A stretch of DNA of 64,000 nucleotides from Paraphysomonas bandaiensis (Eukaryota > Protista > Chrysophyceae), in NCBI GenBank assembly GCA_965644295.1, contig CBFFRP010000199.1, forward strand, positions 1 to 64,000, written 5' to 3'. Both the position numbers and the translations under genes were made by a program. This document shows positions 11,947 through 22,995 of the stretch, one piece after another. The stretch's first letter is position 1; the number at the start of each line of letters is the position of its first letter. The notes beneath the pieces were generated by a model. The model saw nothing but the letters and a program-made list of their open reading frames with translations. It was not told the origin of the DNA and ran no database searches.

Positions 11947-14900
11947 TGTGGCATGAAACCCCTGCCTTTTGGGAAAACCTTGGGTTTTTAGATTTGCGAT
12001 CACTCTCCTTCAGGGATTGCTTTGGGCACGTCCCTTCAGGATCGTGATATTGTGATAGGCAGTTGCTTCATGCCAGTCTATACATACATGATTCTTATAT
12101 GCATAATAACCATATATTCCTAGTCTACATTCTCTTGGTGTCTGTCAGCTACAATATCGATATTTAGTCATACTGATGTCTAAAAGAGTTAGGAAATGAA
12201 AACGCGTTTTAGAACAAGAGTGTGAGGGGGTTCCTGAGGAACCGAGACCCTCCAGTGTGATGGAAGGGAAGGAGGCAGGGGCCTCCGACCGAGAACTTCC
12301 AAAGAGTGTTTTAGATTATGAGAGTGAGGGGGCTTTTGAGGAGCCGATAACCTCCAGTTCAACGGAAGGGAAGGAGGCAGGGGCCTCCGACCGAGAACTT
12401 CCAAAGAGTGTTTTAGATTATGAGAGTGAGGGGGCTTTTGAGGAGCCGATAACCTCCAGTTCAACGGAAGGGAAGGAGGCAGGGGCCTCCGACCGAGAAC
12501 TTCCAAAGAGTGTTTTAGATTATGAGAGTGAGGGGGCTCTTGAGGGGCCGATAACCTCCAGTTCAACGGAAGGGAAGGAGGCAGGGGCCTCCGACCGAGA
12601 ACTTCCAAAGAGTGGTTCGTATGGAAAATACTCCAAAGGTGAGTTCTGCGAATTATACTCGGATGTCATGGGTTGAAATGAGCAGGGTGGGAAAAGGATG
12701 TGCAAGGCTCTGCTTGATACTGGCGCGTCGGCGAACTTTATTAGTAAAGACGTTGTACAGTGGTTGATAGAGAGTGATTCTGTTCCAATACCTGTAATTA
12801 AGAATATTGCGGGTGGCTTGAAGTCTGCTTTTGCATTGTGTAGAAGGGGTGTACCCTTTGATGTAAAAATCCTTTCGGAGGCAAAGGAGCCTCCGGGGTT
12901 GCAAGCTAGGTTAACTGCTTGGGAATTAGATTTAAATTTTGATATTATATTAGGAATGCAGACTGTACGAGAACTAGATTTAGTTGTACATTGCCCTAAT
13001 GCTTTATGAGCGCGGACAGCGCATGGCGGTTAGCCAACGTAGTGGGAAACAGCGCATTCCTTCATGCGAGAGAGAGAGATGATCAGTCTGGGGGAGCAGT
13101 GCCTCTTGGCCTGGGCGTGCACGCGTCTTACCCTTGTGGGGGGGAACGAGCCAGCGTTTGTCTACCGCTACGCAAAAATTATGACCTTGGGGTGCAGAGC
13201 GAGTTAGCTCCACTCGAGGTAGGAATCAATGATAGTGGCGAAGATTGGTCATACCCAGTGGAGGAGCAGTTGCTCTCTCTGGGGGTCGAGGACCCTACTA
13301 ACTTCTCAACCAGGTCCGCAAGGGACCGAGAGAATATGAAGGAGATTCGCGATGATCAATTGGAGTCTATTGATTCTGATTATTTAAGTGCGGAAAAGGA
13401 TCCGCAAGTGCTTCCAGATAAGATATTTGGATCCCCGAGTTTACAGAGTCGTATCCGGGATGTCCTGGGGGAATACAAGGAGATATTCCGATTAGAGATT
13501 CGTAAAGGGGAACCAGCCAAGCTGGAGCCTTTTGAGTTAGAAGTCCGGAACCCGTCTGAAACGTGGTTGATACCGGCACATAAATTGCCTCCCCGGAGGT
13601 TAGACAGGAGTCGCCAGCGCGAGCTCCAACATTTGGTGGATAAGCTAGAGAAGTTAGGAGCAATCCAACTTAGCACAGCCACTCATTACAGTCATCCCTT
13701 TGTGGTGCCGAAGCCAGATAATAAAGGGCGGTGGGTAATAGACTATAAAAACTTAAATCGGGTCACGACTTCAGAAAGCTGGCCAATTCCTAATATAAGA
13801 GATATGATCTATAGAATTGGTGCCAGGGGGTAAACGATCCCGTGCTGGGTTGCCTTTATTACTCAAAACGGGGTGTACGAGTGGCTCCGGCTCCCCATGG
13901 GTTTAAAGTGCGCTCCATCTTATTTCCAGAGGCAAATGCAAAATATAGTGCTTGCGGGCCTGGTATATAATGAGTTTTCTTTGCATGCAATATTGGGAAA
14001 TTATACAAAAAGTCTCAAGCGCATCGGAAAGTGCTCGACTGGTCAGAGGAGGCCACGGTAGCATTCGATGAGCGGAAGGAGCGAATTCATGAGTGTCCCT
14101 TATTATTTTTTATGGATGATGTTTTCCCCATCTATCTATATACTGATGCATCTATAATAGGGATTGGGGCTCATTTGGTGCAAATCGTGGAGGGTCACGA
14201 CGCACAATTGGTATGATTAGTAAGGCGTTCGAGTCAACCTTGGCGAAATGGCATACCTGTGAGCAGGAAGGATTTGCCATTTTTGTATGCCTTGAATAAG
14301 TGGAAATACTTGTTGAGAGATCGACGCTTCATTGTTCGAACGGATCACGACAGCTTAAGCAAGAACACGGTGTTTTAAGCGTGTGCAACGCTGGTTTATG
14401 TGTTTTCAGTCGTTTGATGTACTTAGCAGGAGAACTTAAGGTGATTGCTGATGCTCTTAGTCGAATTTGTGGGGTGGACGCATCCGATAAGTTCGGTGAA
14501 AATGTCTGTTCTTCACTCGAGCAGTGCCTTGAGGTAGAGCAGGATACAGCGTGTGAGCATATCCTTAGTCGCTGCTGGAAAGTTATTTAGACCTGTCACA
14601 ATAGTGTAGTGGGTCACCATGGGGTAGAACGAACCATGGGAAAGTTGCGAAGGAGCAACAACATTTGGAAAAACATGAGTCAGCATGTAGTGACTTATTA
14701 AAAGATGTGTGAGTTGTCAAAAGAATGTCAACGGGGTGGCAGACAGACTTGTCGCTCAGGATAAGGTTAGGGCGTATGCACAACAGAATTTGCGTATCCG
14801 AGACCAGCACCATATTGAGTCTAATATGCCGGAGGGTATATCCTCATATCCGGTAGGGGCTTTGGTGCTAGTGGAATATCGCCATAACTCGTTGAGGAAG

Positions 14901-15768
14901 GGTCCTCCGAGCAAGTTATTACCATATTTGAAAGGCCCCATGAAGGTGGTGGCAATAGATGGTGGAATTTATACAGTGCAGAGTCTTTTGACCAAAGGCA
15001 CGACGAAGCATCATATCTCGAAGTTACGTCCGTTCTGTTATGATCCGAGGGTGGAAGACCCGGTGCAGATTGCGTTACGGGATGACACAGAGGGCGCCGA
15101 GTTTGTGATGGAGAATATAACGAACATGCGAGGGGATGTAAAAGGGTCACGATTTGACTTGTACTTTGAGGTGTTTTGGTCTAATTATAGTGTACCAACT
15201 TGGGAGTCTTGGAAGACAGTGCGGGGTTCAGAGGCATTGCTAAGATACCTGAGGTCCCACTCTAACTATCTTGTTCGGGCCCTATTACCCAAGAGAGGAA
15301 GGAAGCGCTCCAGGTCAGTTGATTCGACGGAAGAAGAGGCCCAATCCGAGGAGGAGGGCTCGTCGAGTTAGTTTAGGGATTATGAGTTTTGACGGTTAAA
15401 ATCCGCTCTGTCCATGTAGTGGACACCTATGATAAGGTTCTCGTAAGTCAGAATAATGCTTGGAGTGATATGTAGGGTAGTAGTGGTGAGTTTTTTTAGG
15501 AGTAGTAGTTTTCGTAGGCTAAATGCCAGGTTTTCTTCAAAAAAAAGGAAGGAAGGGGTAGTGTGGCATGAAACCCCAGCCTTTTGGGAAAACCTTGGGT
15601 TTTTAGATTTGCGATCACTCTCCTTCAGGGATTGCTTTGGGCACGTCCCTTCAGGATCGTGATATTGTGATAGGCAGTTGCTTCATGCCAGTCTATACAT
15701 ACATGATTCTTATATGCATAATAACCATATATTCCTAGTCTACATTCTCTTGGTGTCTGTCAGCTACA
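11947..15768 (+). mobile_element. Ty3/gypsy chromovirus-type LTR retrotransposon, internally deleted (non-autonomous)
   Basis: 207-bp LTRs at 11947-12153 and 15562-15768 (TG...CA, one mismatch seen). PPT AAAAAAAGGAAGGAAGGGGTAG before the 3' LTR. Order: PR (ALLDTGASANFIS), partial RT (SHPFVVPKP, RWVIDYKNLN, RLPMGLKCAP), RNase H (LYTDAS, ADALSR), integrase Zn region (HN..GHHGVERT...CVSCQK), GPY/F-like motif (YLKGPMKV) and a chromodomain-like C-terminus (YFEVFWSNYSVPTWES). GTAT flanks both ends. Confidence 0.96.
12205..12613 (+). repeat. 102-bp tandem repeat (~4 copies) in the gag position of the gypsy element
   Basis: GGAAGGGAAGGAGGCAGGGGCC recurs at 12262, 12364, 12466 and 12568. It reads as a 34-aa unit EGKEAGASDRELPKSVLDYESEGAFEEPITSSST. 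Confidence 0.95.
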
Positions 15769-16168
15769 GTATGTATGTATGTATGTATGTATGTATGTAT
15801 GTATGTATGTATGTATGTATGTATGTATGTATGTATGTATGTATGTATGTATGTATGTATGTATGTATGTATGTATGTATGTATGTATGTATGTATGTTT
15901 GTATGTATGTATGTATGTATGTATGTATGTATGTATGTATGTATGTATGTATGTATGTATGTATGTATGTATGTATGTATGTATGTATGTATGTATGTAT
16001 GTATGTATGTATGTATGTATGTATGTATGTATGTATGTATGTATGTATGTATGTATGTATGTATGTATGTATGTATGTATGTATGTATGTATGTATGTAT
16101 GTATGTATGTATGTATGTATGTATGTATGTATGTATGTATGTATGTATGTATTTGTATATATGTATGT
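15769..16168. repeat. (GTAT)n microsatellite, right part (~96 units plus degenerate end)
   Basis: Directly visible; continues in phase with the left part across the retrotransposon. Confidence 0.99.
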
Positions 16169-16231
16169 TGTACAAGTAGGTAGGTATGGAAGTGTATTTG
16201 TATAGTCAAATCAAAAACAAGTTGACTCAGC

Positions 16232-16350
16232 ATGGACGGTCATACAATGCAAACCGCACCCGCTCTCGTTCCGCTCGCGGAAGTTAAGTTGCATCTGGCC
16301 CGGTTAGTAGTACGGTGGGTGACCACGTGCGAAGTCCGGGTACTGTCCGT
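16232..16350 (+). rRNA. 5S rRNA: 5S rRNA gene
   Basis: 119 nt. Helix I: ATGGACGGT pairs with ACTGTCCGT. Conserved 5S blocks GGTCATAC, GAAGTTAAG, GGTTAGTAGTACGGTGGGTGACCAC. Followed by a TTTTT Pol III terminator; TATA-like sequence about 30 nt upstream. Confidence 0.95.
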
Positions 16351-16620
16351 TTTTGTCAAGAAAGTATAGAAAACGTTCATTTTTGCATATTTTGAAAGGT
16401 TTTCCAATAAAAAAGTCGTGCTTTATAGATGAGATATTAAGTACAGTATCAAGATGAGATAGATATTTTCCATATGAAGAATCATATATACATATAAGTA
16501 CATGCCATGTGGTTCGATCTCATCGAAACACCCACAAGTGAAGCACTCTCATATATAAGATCATTAATTATCAATAATAACCTGTGTGAAACTTCATAAT
16601 TGTATCTGTTACAGATAGAT

Positions 16621-19600
16621 ATGAGAGTTTTATTGAAATCTTTGATCTGCATTTATATATGTAGAAGCTGTACTATTAATGCCTTTAATATCGATGATAT
16701 TCGTATGGTTTATGATGTGGACGATATTTCTGATTCACTATTGCATCTCGCGTCTCATCATGATACCAAAATATCTCATATATCATCCAATTTTTTTCTG
16801 CTTTGTGGCCCTTACTCGAGTAGCCTCTCTATCACCCGACTGTTGCAATCTTCTCTTGCTATAAATGCTTACCAGCCTATATATTCCAGTCGAAACAAGA
16901 ACAGAGTGTGTCATGTAGTTAGTAATAATGATGATGACCTCGGGGATACCTTCGCTCATATTTCAGGGGTATCTACTACGAAGATTCCACATATAATAAA
17001 ACTGCACCGGTCTGTGGAATGGGTGATTCGTGAGATTGACAGCGCCAAGGCGGAGTCCGTAGTTCTTGAGCTAGATGTTGGAGCCTTTCATGATCAAGAA
17101 ATATCCCATGCGGAAATATTTTCTGAGCTCCAGCATATGGCTGGGTCAATATGCCGAGATCAAATTATGCGAAGGCTGCACGAGAACATGTTTTTTTGGT
17201 CCAGACAGATTGATAATAAGCACGCCGTGAACTTGCGCACTGGTGATAATTCGAGAGCAGAAACTCTTCGCACACAGTATGCCGATGCATTTTCTCACAC
17301 ATGTGATTTCTCTACGATGATGTTTCAGTCCCAGCACTCGCACATGTTGTTGTTTCTGACGACAAAGATAGCGTCTCGTACACTCTCAGATTGTGTTCGA
17401 ATTCTTGCTTCTGCCGCATCTTTACGCAGCGATGTCCGTCACGTGTCAGCACACCTTCCGCCAGTTCTTTTGTCACATTCTTCTCTCACTGACTACTACA
17501 GTGAAGATTATTCGACTGCACCAGCAGCTACAGATCAGAATGCGTTCGTTCAAACTGGAACCTCCACACAGACTCCATACTCTGATATGGGCCTCGATGG
17601 ATCTGGCTATGTTCTTGGCATGATAGATTCCGGAATAGATGACCTCAGCTGCTTTCTGATTGAAACGGACGGGTCAGAAACACCCCGCACTCTAAAAGAA
17701 GACTATACAAGTCCCATAACAGAGAGCTATAGGAGAAAGTAAGTAGTGCTATCACGTGTGTTATACTTATGCGATAGTTGCAGAGTTATACAATATGTTG
17801 CATGGGCAGACAAAATTCCACGAGAAGGTCGTGACCATGGAACTTGGTGCGGAGGTGCGTCTGTTGGGCGATGTTTTAACTCTACATCACCGGCAAGGCA
17901 GTACAATGGATTGGCCTCAAATGCCAAAATTACGATGTAAGGAGGTTTACATGGAAAGTTTATCAATGTAATCGCTTTATTTCTTGTAAGGTTTGACGTT
18001 GATGCTAATGGAAACTGGCTGGATGTACCCTCGCTATATGATATATCGCTGCCTCCTGCATACTCCGCTGGGGCACGGGTCCACTCGAACTCATGGTACT
18101 AATCTCTCTTGTAGCGATATATCCATATAAGATAGTGTCTACAGGGGAACCCCAGGGATGGGGTCGTATACTAGCAAAGCTCTAGATGTTGACAGGTTTA
18201 TGGTCGACAACCCAGATTTTTTGTTTGTGGTAGGCTGTTTTATTGTGGAAACATTTACTCTTTTGACAATGCGTCACATATGTTAGGTGGCTGCTGGAAA
18301 TGATGGTAGGTCGGGATACACGAGGTAGGCCTGATATATTCCAGTTTTATGACCCTTACCATTCTGTACTACCGCAGTGTTCATTCTCCAGGTATCTCTT
18401 GTGATTTGTGTGTCACCTATATTTTGCTTCATGCGGTGTGAATTGTGCAGGTGTTAGTAAAAATGCTCTGACTGTTGGAGCCTCTGCTGCTGCGCCCGAC
18501 CACGACAAGCTAATATATTTTTCAAGCATTGGTTATAACTATGATCAACTTATGATCAAACCAAATATTGTTGCCCCTGGAACAAGTTTACAGAGTGCTG
18601 GTTGTTCACCGATCTCTTATATCACTGCAGTAACGTTACTTTTTTATGGTGAATAGGGGTCCGCATAGAGAATCAGACTGAAAGTTGCAATGTTCAGAAA
18701 ATGAGTGGCACGTCAATGGCAACACCGTAAGTGATATATAATGGCAACATATCAGGCTTTATGTATGAGGGGATTGTAGGATGGTGGCAGCATCTGCGAT
18801 CCTGATTAGGCAGTACTTTGAGAATACCTCATTCTGGGGTAGTCAATGCAATGCAGAGTATCGTTCGTGTCCACATGTTGTGGGAAGTGCATCTACATTT
18901 ATTTCTGGTGCACTTCTTAAAGCGTTAGTTGTAAGTTGATTTTCATAGTAGTCATATCGAAGTATCAAGTCTTTTAAATTTTATATATACTCCTTATGTC
19001 CTAGATACATAGTGGCGAAGGGATGACATCCACTACTTCTCAGCCCGGAAAGAGTCAATTGTCTCCAACTAAACTCGGCCTTCCACCGGACATGTACGTA
19101 TCTTTTTTATCTGCTCAACTTGTTTGTGACATATTTGTGGACAAAATTAGATACCAAGGCTGGGGACAGATCAAGCTCGATAATCTGATTCCATTGCCAG
19201 GGGTCAGCCCATTTGACTTGTACGTCGCTGATAATGAAAATCTTGTTTCACTTTCTAGACGAATATATAAAGTGAACGTGACAAACACATCCACTCCACT
19301 TCGGGTAAGCATTGCCTGGGTCGATCCTGTGAATGTACTGTGGTCCACGAAAAACCTTCTCAATGATCTCGATTTGACGGTTACAGGGCCAGACGGTAAT
19401 GTCAGTTACGGCAATAATATAATCGGTGATGAGTACAATCCCCTTGAGAGAGTAGTTATCGTCGAACCACTACCGGGAATATACGTGGTTGAGGTGACAG
19501 CCCATAAACTAGTCACATTCTCTCAAAACTATGGTGTGGTGATCACAGTCGGTGGAAGTGTAATGGAGTCGGATACAACCCTCGATCCGATACCAGTAAA

Positions 19601-20677
19601 TGAATCTTCCCTTGAAAGAGACACGCAGACAACTGATTGCATGACCAGAGGTGATGGAACGCATCAACTAGTTAGATTTCAACTGGAGGATTGGCTAAGT
19701 GGAAGTTCGTGGATGGGTGTCGACTTTACGATATACACAATGGATGAGACATCTCAGGCTTCAGACCCTGTGTTCAATTGTACATTTATTCCGAATGAAT
19801 CTACAAATACATCTTCTGACAACCGAATATATCAATGTCAGGCATGCCTGCTGGATGACATGGCTTATGTTGCCAATTTGAACACCGACAATGCGCTGAA
19901 TGGCACTGAAAAGTACGTTCGTGTAAGCTCACAATGCCCAGGGTTTTTTCTTTCTAGTTTTCAGCAGACAGCGAAACTAGAGCTGAATGGAGGTGATTGT
20001 AATCTATGTTCTGAATTCAACACTCTGGTGAAAGTAGTGATGACTGCCAACGTAACAGATGACGACTATGTGGACTATAGTTGGTATTTATACAGTACCG
20101 ATTCTCTGTTTTATTGTTAATAGTAATGTTATTGGCAGGCATGGCGATGCGTCTTACAGTATATACGACTCAGATGGAAAAATTCTAGCTACTGGAACCT
20201 TAATGGTATCTGACGAACAAGCGGAAAGGTATATATTGACTGACATTTCGGACTACCGATTTCAATAATAGCACTATTTATACAGTTACTGCCTTGTAAA
20301 CGGAACTTATACGCTAACGCTCGAAGACGATGAATTATATGCCAGCACAAAAAAACATGCTAAAGTTACGTTCTACATGGGGTCTCAGACGTACACCCTT
20401 GTTGGTGCAAGCTCGGTGAATGTAGTCATAGGCGATTCACATCGCTCGAACAGCAGCAGCAAAAAGCACCTGACGTCCTCAGTTGGATTCATTGTAGGTA
20501 TCTGCATAGCTTGTGCCGTTCTTATCCTGGTTGGGGCGACTGCTGCGAGGTTATAATATGATGATTATCTCTACATGGCCATAACTTACTACACGCAGGT
20601 ATATTTTTATAAAGATGCGCCGGCAAAGTGATAGACAAAATCTTGTGTCCTTGGAAAAAGGGATCGGCGACTTATAA
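16621..20677 (+). CDS. Subtilisin-like serine protease (S8; KP-43/Tag-like), predicted type I membrane protein, ~12 introns
   Basis: Catalytic motifs GMIDSG, DHGTWCGG, VAAGNDG and SGTSMATP. C-terminal jelly-roll signature LRVSIAWVDP...NDLDLTVTGPDG...YGN. Hydrophobic N-terminus; TM segment VGFIVGICIACAVLILVGATAA, then a short basic tail. Spliced frame followed by hand to TAA at 20675-20677. Confidence 0.92.
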
Positions 20678-21527
20678 AGAAAATTATGTAGTTATGTAAA
20701 GTGACACCACACTGATACATGATTGAAAATAAGTAGTAAACTGTCATTGTTGAAACTATTTGTATCGACGGAGTCACACCAAGTTAAAGGATATACGCAC
20801 AAATATTGTTTTGGCTTATTCATCATCGTCTTGCATGTGTGGAATAGCGTATGAACTCAGGTTACAATATTTTATACGTTATACTATTTGTTTGCGTGAA
20901 TACGCCAAAGAAGATAACAATGTTATGAAAGATTTCGTGAACTATATCATACACTTTCTGCGGTAGATAAGTACAGTGCAGTGCTAACCTCGTGCTTCGT
21001 GTTGTACAATAGACGCATCCATGTATTATAAAAATGAAAAGTAATGTAATATGTGATGTAAGAAGTCCTTATAGGCTTGAAAACTTGACAACATAGCAAG
21101 CATATTCTGACACTGTGTTGTAAAAGGAATTCTAATATGATTGCTAGTATAAGAATACAGTAGTTGAAAGCTGCAGTATATGAATCAATGATATGAATAT
21201 GAATTATGTTAGAGGTTAGAGAGAGTGAAATACGTTGACTGTATAGGATTGTGTCTGTAATCTGTAATATTGACTGGTAGTTGAGAGAATATAATTGTAG
21301 CGAATATCAACGTATGACAAGAGAAGTTGATTACAATTTTACGAATTGATTGTTGTGTGAGTTCATGTTCAGTTACTAAAGTTAATTCACCACCCAAACT
21401 ATGTCAAAAGTTTATACACTGGCGCATATTTGCATGGATCTGTAGTGTGTAATACGAACTTTAGATTGATAATTGTATATACTTAAGTTAGAATATTTAT
21501 AAACATATAATAAATACAAAGAAAAAA

Positions 21528-22163
21528 TTATTTCGTTCGTCTCCTTTTTCGTGAGCATTCACTGCAATACCACCTCGCTGGTATATTTCTCGTTTTGAGT
21601 CCAACACATTCTAAGTGAAACCATTCGATCGGACAGTCATCATTATCACATTGAACCATTTGTCCTGAATTTGGCATATTACATATACAATACCGAGGTT
21701 CCATCTCAGTATCTTTCTTCTTTCCTTTTTCTGCCTCATTTGTGCCGAATACAGGAGGTGGTGGTACATTTTGTCCAGACAACCGAATGGCCGTTTCCAA
21801 GAGCTTTATTTCTTCATCCACAACCCTAATATGCTGATCAATAATATCATAAGCATTGATTGCTAACTGTGTTTTTCGATCAGTAAAATCTTCAATGATA
21901 TATTTCATGTGACGGAGTGAAGGATCTACAGCTCGACTTGATTTTCTTTTATATGATTTCTCATCAGTTAATACTTTTGCTAAATCAGAATCTAAACGTT
22001 TAGAAACCGCTATTAATAATGATATATAAGTATATGATTAGAGATATGTATATATATTACCATCAACTGTATGATCTAGCTGCTGTATACCTTCTAAGCT
22101 GTCTTTTATTATATTGGGGAGATCTTTACTTGATTTTAAGAAGTGATCGACGTAACTTGCCAT
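21528..22163 (-). CDS. ING: ING-family PHD finger protein (2 exons)
   Basis: PHD finger YCIC...GQMVQCDNDDCPIEWFHLECVGL...WYCSEC; ING-like N-terminus (MASYVDHFL...DLP...KTQLAINAYDIIDQHIR). One intron at ~22010-22060 restores the frame. Confidence 0.93.
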
Positions 22164-22605
22164 TGTGGTGATATGGGGAGTGTATTGAATAGAGTTGAGT
22201 GGCTAGGTAGTCTCAATATGAGATAGTGAGAGATATATACACCTCTCTCTATATATATGTATATGCTGCAGCATGTATAGAGAGGAGCCTCTGATATGTA
22301 CTGCTGTACTACTGTACTACTGTACTGCTGTGATGCTGTACTGCTGGTGTGTGTTTCGCCGTACAGAACAGTCACATACGTATATCCGAGTATATACTTC
22401 TGTGAATGGTACACACGTATACGGTATATCTCACTCACACATGTATATAGATGAATACAGTAGGACTACCGCACTACCACATTCTCCCCACCATACATAT
22501 ACGGGTTACATATATCCGGTATACGGATAGAACGCTCTGTGTCCAAAGAAGGCAATAATTTGGTGTACTATGCTCACTGTTGTATATATATACACAGCAG
22601 TCCTG

Positions 22606-22725
22606 TACATACATACATACATACATACATACATACATACATACATACATACATACATACATACATACATACATACATACATACATACATACATACATAC
22701 ATACATACATACATACATACATACA

Positions 22726-22755
<30 letters not shown>
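22606..22755. repeat. (CATA)n microsatellite (~37 units) between the divergent ING and CCP genes
   Basis: Directly visible. Confidence 0.99.
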
Positions 22756-22760
<5 letters not shown>

Positions 22761-22995
22761 GCGGCAAACATTTCCAGTACGGTGATTCCAGTTACACTCA
22801 CCATTGCAGTACACTCTCATCCATATCAATCAAGACATGTACAATACCCTCTCATGAATCTCATGAAATAATCATTATAAACTCATGATTATCTATATGA
22901 ATATATGATCAGAATAACGTTTATATATATGAGTTTACGGTAGATCTCAATACACACACATATATATACAGAGAGAACATCACACAGTGTATAAT

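Noticed and set aside
16505-16550. GGTTCGATC B-box-like sequence near the 5S gene as a tRNA
   Set aside because: No cloverleaf or A box could be built.
11748-22888. MYVCMYVC / IHTYIHTY ORFs
   Set aside because: Translations of (TATG)n microsatellites, which have no stop codon in any frame.
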